From Octopus sinensis (Eukaryota), in the NCBI RefSeq assembly GCF_006345805.1, contig NW_021835383.1, forward strand, positions 1-64,000: a stretch of DNA of 64,000 bases, given 5' to 3'. The first letter of the stretch is position 1. Every line of letters begins with the position of its first letter. Shown piece after piece: positions 51,832-64,000 of the stretch. Both the position numbers and the translations under genes were made by a program. Below the pieces are notes generated by a model, which ran no database searches, was not told the DNA's origin, and worked only from the letters and a program-made list of their open reading frames with translations.

Positions 51832-52287
51832 TATGATATTATATATGTACATGCATACATATATATATATGTATGGATGTTTGTATTCATATTTAGTAGA
51901 TATGTCCATGCATACATACATTCATATATATACACACATACATATATACATATGTATATAAGTGTATATGTGTATATGTAATCTCCCTTTCTGTGTGTAT
52001 ATATACATATATATTTATACCTATATCTACCTGTATCTATGAATATATAATACGTACACATACATACAATCATGTGTGTGTGTGTGTGTGTGTTTGTGAT
52101 AGACAGAGAGAGAGAGACAGAGAGGTCATACCTGTATACAGAGGAAATGGGTTGCAGGGAAATATAGAGAGTGAAAAGAGCAAGTGTCAGAAAGGAGACG
52201 GGGTGGAGGAAAGGTAGGAAAAAGAAATGTAAGAGTGACGAATTGAGATGCCGAAAATAGTGGAAATAATAATAATAATAATAATAA

Positions 52288-52358
<71 letters not shown>

Positions 52359-52367
52359 ATGATAATG

Positions 52368-52417
<50 letters not shown>

Positions 52418-52552
52418 TATAATAATAATAATAACAATAATAATGAATAATAATAATATAATGATAATAATAATAATAATAATAATTAATGATGATGATG
52501 ATGATGATGATGATGATAATAATAATAATAATATATATAATAATAATAATTA

Positions 52553-52595
<43 letters not shown>

Positions 52596-52689
52596 GATAA
52601 TAATAAATAAAGAGACGTAGAAGAATCAGAAAAGAATTAACAGAAATAGTTTACTTCAGGTAAAGAATTGGGAGAGTTATAATAGAGCG

Positions 52690-52810
52690 CTGGATAGAAT
52701 ACCTTGCGGCAACCCTCTCCGGGTTTCTTTGCCCTGAGTTCATATAACGCTGATATTCAATTTCGTCTTTCATCCTTTAGGGGTTCCTTCAATAAAATAA
52801 CCAGGCAAGT
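52690..52810 (+). mobile_element. SINE family A, very degenerate
   Basis: ccctgagttcatat...ctttcatcctttagggg...aataaaataaccag. Confidence 0.5.
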
Positions 52811-52871
52811 ACAGGCAGCCATACTTCTTCCTTTCCTCCTCTCTATTTCTTTATCCTCTCTCTCCCACTCA

Positions 52872-52977
<106 letters not shown>

Positions 52978-53348
52978 GTCTGATTCATGGCATCATGTAA
53001 AAAAAATTACCAGAAGGATGTCAACTATTTCCACCATTCTGGGGCCTTTCATTTCGTATTTCCGGCTTACTTTTTTTTATTTCAATTTTATCTTATTGCC
53101 TCTTTCCTTCATTTCTATTTCCCCATATCTTTTCCCCCTCTTCTCTTTGTGTACACATCCATATAATATGTATACATGCATACATAAATTTTTATATATA
53201 TATATGTATTTGTATGCGTGTATGTTCGAATATGTGTGTGTATATTATATATTAATATTTATTCATAAAATACATATACGTGTATACCTGTAAACACACA
53301 AATATACATACATACAGAACATGCTTATATATTATATATATTTATATA

Positions 53349-53398
<50 letters not shown>

Positions 53399-53447
53399 AT
53401 TAAGCATGTGTCTATGTATGTATATTTGTGTGTTATAGGTATACACG

Positions 53448-53494
<47 letters not shown>

Positions 53495-53501
53495 TATATG
53501 T

Positions 53502-53546
<45 letters not shown>

Positions 53547-53982
53547 TATATATAGATATATATATATACATATATATATATTTACATATATATATATATG
53601 GATATACATGTGACTACGTATGTATGTATATTTTTCCCGCGAAAATTCCCTGACAGGCAGATAGCACTTGTCATAAACGTCATCGACCCAATGGCGCGAA
53701 AGCAGAAACGAAGCAATTGTTTATTAGTCCCAAGGGCATCTCAAAAGAATGATCGGGCAAAAAACCGAGGATAGGAGTGAAATCGATAATAATATCCGAC
53801 ACCTAATATTTAGACGTATTTATCTTATTGATTCCAAGGTGGCTGGAGGATTAAAATTTAACCGAATTCTTTGAGGATTAGAACGCGAAAATACAGCTAA
53901 GCATATAATCTAATGCTGAGTTGGTTTTGCCTTTCCACCAACAGAGCCACTTGAGCTGCAATGAAGTAGGGACGATTGGAAA

Positions 53983-54038
<56 letters not shown>

Positions 54039-54169
54039 ATCTATCCTCTCAGTGTGTGTGTCTACTGGCCTGTCAGACAGATAGATAGATAGATAGATAG
54101 ATACACATGAACGTATATACATGTATGGTTATACATACATTCACACAAAACGCTCACACACACACACAC

Positions 54170-54220
<51 letters not shown>

Positions 54221-54227
54221 TATCATG

Positions 54228-54262
<35 letters not shown>

Positions 54263-54799
54263 CGATAGAGAGGGGAGAGTAGGGAGAAAGATTTGTGAAA
54301 CAATGGATTTTCATGAAAACGTGTACGCTAAACATATAGTCAGATTGTAGATCGTGAGACAAATAGAAACGCCGATGTGCAGACAGGCAGACAGGAAGCT
54401 CACTAGCCAGATGGATATATAACAATGTGGGCGGATAGATAGATAGATAGATACATAGATAGATGAATAGATATATAGATGAACAGACAGATGATTGATA
54501 GATAGATAGATAGATAGATAGATTGATAGATAAGTTTCTTTATTGGCCAAAAGGGCTGCACACAGATGGGACAAGTTACAAGGTAGAGCTTTTCTTTTGG
54601 GGGATGAAAAAAACAAAAAACAAAAGAAACAAAAAAAGGGGTGGCGTAGGTTTTCGATCAAGAGGGATCGTAAAAGGGAAGAAAAGAACAAAAAAAATAA
54701 AAATAAAAAAAAGATAGATAGATAGATACATACATACATACATACATACATACATACGTACATACATACATAAACAGAGAAATTGAGTGATGTTTTATT

Positions 54800-55140
54800 A
54801 GATTGATAAAGATAGATATGCAGATAGACAGATATCTAGTTTGCTAAATGGATGTATAGATTGATAACTTAATAGATAAGTTGATATTCAGTTAGATAGT
54901 TAGATGGATGGATAGATAGCTGGATAGATTGATAGATAGATAAATAGATAGACAGATAGTCACATAAATAGAAAGATAGATAGATAGCTAGATAAATAGA
55001 TAGATGGATAGAAGGATAGATATGTAGCTAGATATACATACAGTTTGCTAGCTAGCTAACTGGATGGAAGGGTAGATAACCGAATCGATAGATGGATATG
55101 TAGATAGACATATAGTTAGATAGACGGGAAGAGAGATAGA
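54800..55140. repeat. Degenerate (GATA)n tract
   Basis: Direct reading; purer (TATC)/(GATA) runs at 10078-10140, 52872-52975, 53985-54045. Confidence 0.85.
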
Positions 55141-55914
55141 CTTTAAGAAACTCAATGAACAATAAAAGGAAAAATAAAAAGAATGGAATTGAAAGTAGAA
55201 AGAAGAAACGCAAAAAACAAATGAACAGAAAATGACAAAATGAAAGCAAAATCGACTGAGAAAGAGACAAGTGAAAGAAAGAGTCAGCGAAAGAGAGGGA
55301 TTGAGATAGAGAGAAGTCATGTGTGTGTATGTGTGTGAAAGAAAGAGAGAGGGGTGGGGGTGGAGGAAGGGTGGAGAGGAAAGGTGAGAGTGAGAGGTAT
55401 TGAATGAATGTGGCAAGCACTGCAAAGAAACAAGTTTATATGTTAACATGAACGACAAACATTTGCTTGAAAGAAATAAAAAAAAGAACAACAGCAACAA
55501 CAACAATAACAAGAAAACAAAAAACAAGCGAGCAAAAAAAACAACAACAACAAAATCAACACGAAAAACTACAACAGCAACAACAACAACAACAATAAAA
55601 GTTATAAAAACTCTAAAAGACTAACAGGAAAGAAGAAGAAGAAGAACAAAAAAATCCCTCCAAAAAGGTGAAGAAACATAAATGGAAAGAAGGAAAAAGC
55701 GTGCTGTTGGAACATCCAAGAATTTGCGTGCAAATATAAGAGTTGAAGAAGAACATGGAATCTTCTATCTTGGTTTATTGACTATTTTGGATGTCTGTGG
55801 TTCCATGAATGTCAACCTCAAGTTTGATTTTCATTTTGATTTTTGATTCACTGAAAAATGGTTACATTCGATGGATGGCTGGGTGGTTGGCTGGTTGGTC
55901 GGTTGGATGGTTGG

Positions 55915-56340
55915 GTGGATGGTTGGTTCGTTGGATGGTTTGATGGTTTGATGGCTGTGTGGTTGGTTGGTTGGTAGGTTGGCTGGTTGACTGGTTGGCA
56001 GGTTGGCTGGCTGGTTAGTTGGTTGGTTGGTGGTTGGTTGGTTGGTTGGTTGGTTTGATGGTTTGATGTCTGTATGGCTGGCTGGTTGGCTGGTTGGTTG
56101 GCTGGCTCGTTGGTTAGAGCAGTTGGCTGGCTGGTTGACTGGTTGGTTGATTGGCTGATTGGCTGGTTGGCTGGTTGGTTAGGGCAGTTTGTTGGCTGCT
56201 CGGCTGGTTCGTTGGTTGGCTGGTTGGCCTGTTCATTGGTTGACTGGTTGGCTGGCTGGCTAGTTGTGTGGTGGGTGGGTGGATTGCTTGTTTTGTATTA
56301 GGCTGGTTGCTTGATTGGTTGATTGGTAGATTCATATGTT
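55915..56340. repeat. Compound (TGGT)n/(TGGC)n microsatellite
   Basis: Direct reading; explains the AGWLAGWL ORF. Confidence 0.9.
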
Positions 56341-56431
56341 GGGTGGGTGAGTGATTGGCTTGCTGGATAGTTACTTAGCTGGATTGGTAGTTCCTTGCAT
56401 TGTTGTCAGTTGACTTATTAATTGTTTAAAT

Positions 56432-56925
56432 CAGTGCTTCTCAACCATTCCCCCCATGGACCCCTTGGTTCTTATTTTACTCAGGTGGACCCTCATAGCC
56501 ATTTAATGTTTCAAAAATTTTATAGAGGGCGTTCAAAAAGTCTCTCCGCATTAAGTATTTTATTGCAAAATAAATATTTATAAAATGGTATGAGACTACA
56601 AAAGAATATATCAGTCTTTACAAGACTTAAAAAAAAACAACTTTATAAGAGGTGTTGAAAGTGTCGTCCTTCATTTTCAAAACATAAGTTGACTTCTACA
56701 CATGTTTTGAAATACGTCTTGGAGAAAAAAATCAACTGCGGAGAGACTTCTTGAACACTCTGTATTTTTAGAATTAAATATTATCAGGATTTGTACAAAA
56801 AGATTGTTAAAATATTTTGTGTATAGCAAAAGTATAACCAATTTATTACACATTAATTTTTACCAACAAAATTTTATATGGACCCCATCCCCAAGGGCTA
56901 TATGGGCCACGATTGAGAACCACAG
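56432..56925. mobile_element. hAT (Charlie-like) MITE
   Basis: CAGTGCTTCTCAACC ... GATTGAGAACCACAG termini with subterminal ggacccc motifs; the 8-bp flanks do not match well, so TSD is unconfirmed. Confidence 0.65.
56525..56762. mobile_element. Tc1/mariner-type MITE nested in the hAT MITE
   Basis: TA|GAGGGCGTTCAAAAAGTCTCTCCGCA ... TGCGGAGAGACTTCTTGAACACTCTG|TA. Confidence 0.75.
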
Positions 56926-57798
56926 GCCTATTTAACAGCTTAGTTGTTAGGCTGGGTGGGCGGTTGATATATTGGTTCAGTATCTAGTCGAGTGGAACGT
57001 TGGCGGATTGGTTGGTTGGGCGGTTGTTTGGCTGTTAGTTATCGGCCAACCAGATGGCGTTGCCCTTGAATAAATGCTTTTTAGAAAACGTTCGGATTAA
57101 ATGATGACGGTTGGAGGAATCGGATTATCATTTGTCATATTTAGGTTTCATAAGAAATCACTTGAAAACTAACACATATACACAAAAACGTGCACGTTCA
57201 TGTATATATATAAAATAAATAATATATATAATATAAATAATATAAATATATACATATATACATACATATATGTATATACTTACATATATGTGTATATATA
57301 CATGCATATATGAGTACAGGACGTCAAAAAAAAAAAAACGTTGATTACAATGAGAAACGAAAACATAGAAACAAAAACATAGATAACGAACTTTATTTCG
57401 AACAACGAAAGAAAAAGACAAACAGTGAAACGAGACATGCAACATGTTGTCCCTGTTTCATCTACTCCGCGTTACGAAAGCAAGGACAATATGCGACTTC
57501 ATTGAAACAGTCTTTCCCGCAAAGCAAATTAAATAAAATTTGGGAGAGAGAGGAGGAAGAAAGAGAAAGAGAGAAAGAGAGAGAGACCATTGCCTCTTAA
57601 GATTGTAAAGTTTTGAAAAAGAAGCTTTAAATGTTGCCTTATTAAGTAAGAGACTATATGTGTGTATGTATGTGGAGTGAGTGTATTTGCGTGTGTGGGG
57701 GCTCACGCATCTGTGTGTGCATGTGTATGCATAGAATGTATGTATACATGCATATATATAAGACGGGCTCTTATACACACACTCACACACACACACAT

Positions 57799-57841
<43 letters not shown>

Positions 57842-57854
57842 TGACTCCACCATT

Positions 57855-58015
57855 ATGACTGATGTTCGATGATTTACGTTTTCCTAACTTAGCGGTTCAA
57901 GAAAAGGAAACTATAGAATAAGCACAACACTTAAAATTGAGGAAGTACTAGGGTCGGTTACTTGACTCGTCTCTTCAAGGCACTGCACCAGCATGGCCGC
58001 AATCCAATGACTTGC
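57855..58015 (+). mobile_element. SINE family B, degenerate 3' half
   Basis: taacttagcggttc...tagaataagcac...ccagcatggccgcaatccaatgact. Confidence 0.6.
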
Positions 58016-58994
58016 AAAAGTAGACTGGTTTTTTTAATTTTGTTTTGTGTCTTTAATATCTACCTCGCTACTAATAAAAACAAAGTCGACTCGGACTGTA
58101 TTTGAACTCAGAAAGGAGAAAGCGGGCTCTAATTTGTTAGTGCAAAAGCATTATGTCAATATAATCTATTCTTTTCTTCTATTTTCTCTATCACTCCAAA
58201 CTCTCCCCTTACTATAAATATCGGTTATAAATATTAGGATCATTTGACCTGACCCAGTGGCCTTGGTTTAGAAAGACGAAAAATAGAGAATTGATTAAGT
58301 TAAAGACAATTAATTTAGAATGCAGGATGGATAATCAATTAATTAAACATTTAATTAAATAATTAATTCATAAGCTAAGATTGTTCAAAGAATATGATTG
58401 TTCAAGAATGTGTCTAATTAATATGTTATTTTTAGGCGCAAAATCCGCATATTTTAAAGAACTACGGGAAACGGTGAGGTTTTACGTTCATATATTCCCC
58501 AAGAATGTTGGCGATTTAAATTATATGAATTCGCCCCGGTAGAGGATCGATACTGCATCGCTGACTAGGTTCGAGGCGAGATTAAATGCTTGCTGTTATA
58601 GTCGTTGTTGATGTTGAATGTTTAGCGGCAGCTCAGCTCTGACTGAGTAGTTCCTATGATCAAAATCCGCCGCCAGTTTAATCAATAGAAAATCTCAACC
58701 GGTGAGAGGTTTTCAACAAAAACAACAACTCCGGATCACACAACTGGGCGAGGTTTCCAATCTGATGATAACTTCTTCTCACCAGGAACAAAAGAATGGA
58801 TTATGAGCGCGAACGTATCCTCTTTGACTGTACTGTTAAAAAAGTGCTCAACCCAATACATACATTCTTCACTTGAGGAAGATTTTGTTGCTATTTCTAT
58901 CAGTTTGAATGTCTATCTAAAGTGCAATTCGTTGGCTCGTAATTGAAGTAATTGCTTAACTGTTACCGTTGCGTTTGTAGAATATATCAACAGC

Positions 58995-59411
58995 GGCGAG
59001 CTGGCAGAATCGTTAGCACGCCGGGCGAAATGCTTAGCGGTATTTCGTCTGCCGTTACGTTCTGAGTTCAAATTCCGCCGAGGTCGACTTTGCCTTTCAT
59101 CCTTTCGGGGTCGATAAATTAAGTACCAGTTGCGCACTGGGGTCGATGTAATCGACTTAATCCGTTGTCTATCCTTGTTTGTCCCCTCTGTGTTTAGCCC
59201 CTTGTGGGTAATAAAGAAATAGAAATAGGTATTTCGTCTGCCGTTACGTTCTGAGTTCAAATTCCACCGAAGTCGATTTTGCATTTCATCCTTTCGGGGT
59301 CGATAAATTAAGTACCAGTTGCGCACGGGGGTCGATGTAATCGACTTAATCCGTTTCTCTATCCTTGTTTGTCCCCTCTGTGTTTAGTCCTTTGTGGGTA
59401 GTAAATAAATA
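58995..59411 (+). mobile_element. SINE family A head-to-tail dimer inside one target-site duplication
   Basis: Full copy 58995-59227, then a 5'-truncated copy from ggtatttcgtctg (59228); agaatatatcaacagc (58979-58994) and agaatatatcaatagc (59412-59427). Confidence 0.88.
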
Positions 59412-59789
59412 AGAATATATCAATAGCCGAGGTAATTTCCAAAATTTTAACAAAAATAGGAGTGAATGTATTCTACTGCTTCTTAAATGTCTCAGATACT
59501 ACAGACAATAGCGAAAAGTCTTGTGTTAGTAACCGCTATTGAGTCCGAAGTACGTGTGCAGAACGGTCCTTTTATCGCCAGAATATAAGCTTGCTTCTTT
59601 TTCTTTAATGGCACATCAAGTTTGGAGAATTCCTAAGTCATGAGATGATCTGAGATTATCACCCATTCACAAATGACGCTAGTTGTAATTGCCATTTGAC
59701 AATTATGATGCATTGTGTAGTACCAGAGATAATATTTTATTACACCATGAATTTGCTTTGTTTTTTTGTTGTATTTTGTGTTGTCAGTA

Positions 59790-59965
59790 TCTATATACAT
59801 AAAACTGAGAATGTGTGGCTGTCTGTAGGTGTGCATCACTAAAACTCGAGAACTACCCAACGGAGTTCATTCAAATTTATACATACCTTACTTAGAGTCC
59901 ATGCAGTGCCACGGGCCCCAAAAATTTCAAATTCTTGGCTAATGCGAGCCCGGAGCGATCTCTTA
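59790..59965 (+). mobile_element. Helitron/DINE-like non-autonomous element, 5' part
   Basis: Begins a|TCTATATACATAAAActgagaatgtgtggctgtctgt, the same start style as 60805-61178. Confidence 0.5.
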
Positions 59966-60357
59966 TCTCTTACACTGTTTCTGTATTACGTGTCAAAAGT
60001 GAAACAATAACATCTCTGATAATATTTTCACTATTATATGGTTTCAATTTCAATTATACTTTCATCATGTATCTATCTATATATATATATATATATTTAA
60101 GTATGAATATATATATATTGTGTGTGTGTGTATATATATATATATATGTATGTATATTTATGTATATATATGTATGCATATGTATATATATATGTGTGTG
60201 TGTGTGGTATACATGTGTACAAAGAAGTGTCGTATATATATGTATATATTTGTGTGTGTGTGTTTGTACCCCCACCATTGCTTGACAACCGATGTTGCTG
60301 TGTTTACGTTCCCATAACTGTCGTGTATGCGCACACATGCATATATGCATTCATGCA

Positions 60358-60570
60358 TGATGTCGCAACTCAAATTGCGACGTCACTGGTGCTCAACTGT
60401 ATCGGCCTTTGCATTTCCCTTGGATAACACTGGTGGCGTGGAGAGGGAAGGCTGGTATGCATGGGCGACTGCTGGCTTTCCATAATCACCTTGTCCGGAA
60501 TTGTGACTCGGAGGGGAACTTTTTAGGTACAATCCCATGGTCACTCAATTACCAGAAGGAATCTTTACCT
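60358..60570 (+). mobile_element. SINE family C, 3' part
   Basis: ttgcgacgtcactggtgc...ctgtatcggcc...cccttggataacac...gggcgactgctgg...caatcccatggtca matches the reverse complement of 24444-24660. Confidence 0.75.
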
Positions 60571-60804
60571 TTTTATATAAAACATAAACATACATATACA
60601 TATACATAAATAGATGTCCGTGTATTTGTATATATATGCATATTGGGGTCTGTATATTAGAGTTACCCAAAGTATGGTATATCTAATTCATTATAGTGCC
60701 TTGATAACCGGAATTACTTTTCCCGTTTATGAATGCAATGTTTCTGTATTATAAAAGCAATTTTCTGGAGTTTCTTCTCGGTTTATGACATCCGCTTATT
60801 GTTT

Positions 60805-61178
60805 ACAAGCAGTATCGCCCGGCGTTGCTCGGGTTTGTAAGGGAAATAACTATAAAGCATTTTTAGAGAGTTATAGCCAAAAAATGGAAAAAAAATGATG
60901 GTAAATTTATTTTTGATAGTTAAAAAGGTCGAGTTGCGTCCCCTAGACCATCTGTGGTTTGTGCTTCTAATTGTCGACCCCATGTCGAATTTATCGATTT
61001 TTTTCAGAACTGGGGGAACTTTTCAAAATTTTCGCTGCGTTAGTTTTGAATTATGACATTGGGCTATGTGTGTGTCAAGTTTCATCAGAATCGATTGAAA
61101 GCCGTGGTCAGGTGAGGGTACGAGAAAACAGACACACAGAAACACACACAGACAAACTGCCGTTTATATATAGAGAGA
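60805..61178 (-). mobile_element. Helitron/DINE-1-like non-autonomous element
   Basis: Minus strand starts a|TCTCTCTATATATAAAC with (GTCT/GT) repeats and ends with hairpin cccgagcaacgccggg then atactgCTTGT (canonical CTAGT). Confidence 0.7.
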
Positions 61179-61504
61179 TAATGAAAACGAATGTTTACCT
61201 AAATTTTTTTTTTCCTCGCAATCAAGTTCCCCGCTTCTGCGATATTTAGGTGAGAATGGATTTCTTTCGGTATTTGGGTTGTTTTCCTGAAGGGTCTTCT
61301 CGCCTGGTGATTTGTGCCGGTTGACTTAAATGCCTTCTTTTCTTGACTCTGCGATCTTCAAACAACAATGGTTTCCTTTCGATATTTGGGTTAATCTTAT
61401 ATACATTGAAAAGGGTTTAATATTTTCCATGTGATGACCATTTTCATAAGCTGGTTTCCAATGCCTATAGTTGTCATCACTTCATTCACCAATTTCGTTA
61501 TATA

Positions 61505-62799
61505 CGAGGGGCGTTCAATAAGTAATGCCCCTGACCCACTTCCCATAGCAGTAGAGCATTGAAACTTGGCACAGTTATTAGACTTTTTCTACATAGGAAC
61601 CACCCAGAGATACGCATTTCTCCCATTGTTCGTTGCGGCTCTGGAGACCGTTTTTGTAGAAGACCCCCAGCTTGGTCCTCCAACTATGACGTTACTTCAG
61701 AAATCAAGGCTGCATCATCTGGGAAACGCTTTCCTTTCAAAAACAACTTCATGGCTGGGAAGAGGTGAAAATCAGAGGGTGCAAGGTCAGGAGAGTAGGG
61801 GGATGGGGGAGGAGTTCATAGCCGCGCGCCTGTGCTTCTGATCTGGCGACAAGCGAGTTGTGGACCGGAGCGTTGTCCTGCAGGAGGAGGATGCCATTGC
61901 TGATCTTTTCCCGCCTCTTGATTTTGATAAGCTTCTCTTAATTTCCTCAAAAGTGAAGCATAATAGGCTCCTGTAATTGTGGTACCCTTTGCCAGGAAAT
62001 CTGTCATCACTACTCCGTCCTGGCCCCAGAAGACTGTGAGTATGACCTTGCCAGCGGAGGGCTGCACCCTTGCCTTCTTTGGAGGAGGTGAGTCACGGTA
62101 CTTTCACTGCATTGACTGGGCTTTGGTCTATGGATCATAGTGATGGACCCAGGTTTTATCCTGTGTAATCAGTCTTTTGAAAAAATTTTGACTCATCTTC
62201 TTGGCACATCTCCAAATTCATCCTCGAGCACTCGATGCGTTCTTGCTTCTGGAAAGGTGTGAGCAACCTGGGAATCCATCTGGCAGACACGTTTTGCATA
62301 TGCAAATGATCATGAATGATAGTTTCCACAGACCCGGTACTAATCTTGACCTCATGGGCTATTTGGCGAATAGTTATGCGTCGATCTTCCAAAATGGCAG
62401 CCTCAACTTGACGGACAGATGCCTCATCAATGGCAGAAGGGGGGCGACCAGATATGGGAGCTGTTTCCACAGAGTTTCGACCATGTTTGAATTCACGATG
62501 CCAGCGTTTTACAAGGTCATATGATGGGGCATCATCACCATAAGTTATTTTCATTTCTTCAAAAGTCTCCCGTGGTGTGCGTCCTTCCAAATACAAAAAC
62601 CGGATCACTTCTCGACACTCAACAGGCTCCATTTCACACTTGACTCAGTTCAAACACCTGTAAATCAGAAACTACAATTAGTTCAGAGTTGTAATTTGCC
62701 ACTTAATCTATAGAGATATAAATAATTGTACATGCAAAATTTCAGCTAGATCAAACAATTGCAAGTGGGTCAGAAGCATTACTTATTGAACGTCCCTCG
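61505..62799 (-). mobile_element. Full-length mariner transposon (1295 bp) with TIRs and TA duplication
   Basis: TA|CGAGGGGCGTTCAATAAGTAATGC..CTGACCCACTT ... AAGTGGGTCAG..GCATTACTTATTGAACGTCCCTCG|TA. Confidence 0.95.
61578..62632 (-). pseudogene. Mariner DD34D transposase pseudogene (frameshifts and stops)
   Basis: MEPVECREVIRFLYLEG..., WIPRLL, ITQDKTWVHHYDP, AGKVILTVFW, LLQDNAPVH, PHPPYSPDLAPSDFHLF, C-terminus EKCVSLGGSYVEKV*. Confidence 0.92.
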
Positions 62800-64000
62800 T
62801 ATATATATATATATATTTATCGGACATCTTCGTAGTTTAGTTGTATGTCGTTTCACAAATCCTGATACTCTGAAGCTGTTTTCCTGAAATTGTTTCTACT
62901 TGTCAATTCAGTAGTAGTACTCTTTTCACTTCTCTATCGTGTAGTCGTATCCTGTTTTACTAAGTTGTTCCATGTTTTTTTTCTACAAATGTTTATTTGT
63001 TTAGATCTTATTCATTCCATGATTCTGTAGTTTTACTTGTGTCTGCCTGTTTATTGCGTCATTTATATCCTGTTTGCAAATGCAGTCGTTCTTGTTTACG
63101 TTATGCATCTTTACTTTCTATTTGAAGCCTCTAAAAGGGTTTTTGATATATTCGTTGGCTTTTCTATTTTCCCAGTGGTTGACTTCACTGTTGTTCATCT
63201 ATACATATCGTTTTCAGAATCTCTTATCCTGAAGTTGTTTTCGATAAACAATTTATCCATAAATTGTTTCTCATTGATAAATACAGTTGCCGTTATTTTT
63301 CTGCTTCTTTATTCTGTAATTGCATCCTGTTTACAAAATAATGTCACATTTGCTGGAATTGTTTATTTGTTTACTGCTTTATCCATCGATTGATTCAGTA
63401 TTTGTCCTCTACATGCCTGTTGATTACATAATTTATATCCTGTTCTTTTAGAAATGTCATTGTCTGCTTCAGAAGTTATTTTCTATCTAGAGTTGCTGAA
63501 GATGCTTTTGATGCATTCCTTCGTTGTTCAATTTTGAAGTTGGTGTTTTGTCTCCTTAATATATTGTTATTTTGTACCTGATATCACCAGATATGTTTTC
63601 GATATATTCTGTGGAGGAATGCATTCTATATCTGATGTCTCTAAATGAGCATTCTTTTTGTTGATTAATTTTTTTTGCTTCCTCTGTTGGTGCTGGCATT
63701 GTTGTGCCTCTACTTCAATATCCGCTGTTCTTGAGTTATTGGATACTTACCCAGCATTGGGTAAGAATTTATTTTTGTGTCGGTCACGTGACAGAGCCTC
63801 GTTTCTGTTGAGCATGCATATTTGTTGTGTAATTATCTTATATTTTTTCTATGACATCGAGGCGAACTATTTCTATACGAGGTAACATTAAGAACTACAG
63901 TTAAGTTTGTATTCACATTTACAGTTTCTCCCTACAGTTCTAAATGTAGTTTGATAAAGTCATTGAGTTTGGTTTGTAAATACAGCGTATATTTTATGTC

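Noticed and set aside
58913-59326. 137-aa ORF MRNWYLIYRPRKDE... (also 12183-12755)
   Set aside because: Antisense translation of SINE family A.
62810-63740. Possible decayed LINE ORF1-like coding remnant on the minus strand
   Set aside because: Purine-rich and partly open, but with many stops and no motif I can identify.

Overview
Repeat-dominated eukaryotic (animal) genomic DNA with no host protein-coding exon that I can support. Almost all ORFs in the track are microsatellite translations or decayed retroelement fragments. The tRNA-derived SINE families and the density of (TA)n/(TAA)n/(CA)n/(TATC)n repeats look like a coleoid cephalopod (Octopus-like) genome; this is recall and inference, not a database result. 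The window holds several lineages of R4/Dong-type LINEs in (TAA)n runs, a Tx1/L1 fragment, a near-complete decayed Penelope-like element (RT + GIY-YIG), two mariner copies, MITEs, Helitron-like fragments and many SINEs. The main discovery is at 24943-29050: eight nearly identical ~480-bp monomers, each carrying a type I hammerhead ribozyme (gttctg-CTGACGA-stem II-GAAA-tcacggtga-TA-cagaac). The array is capped by an inverted partial monomer and embedded in (TA)n, like a retrozyme or self-cleaving satellite that could yield 480-nt linear or circular RNAs. Three more hammerhead loci lie within ~8 kb downstream: a head-to-head pair in a palindrome at 32049-32202, a decayed one at 29166-29217, and a relic at the 3' end of the Penelope element. 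SINE and fragment boundaries were read by eye and are approximate.
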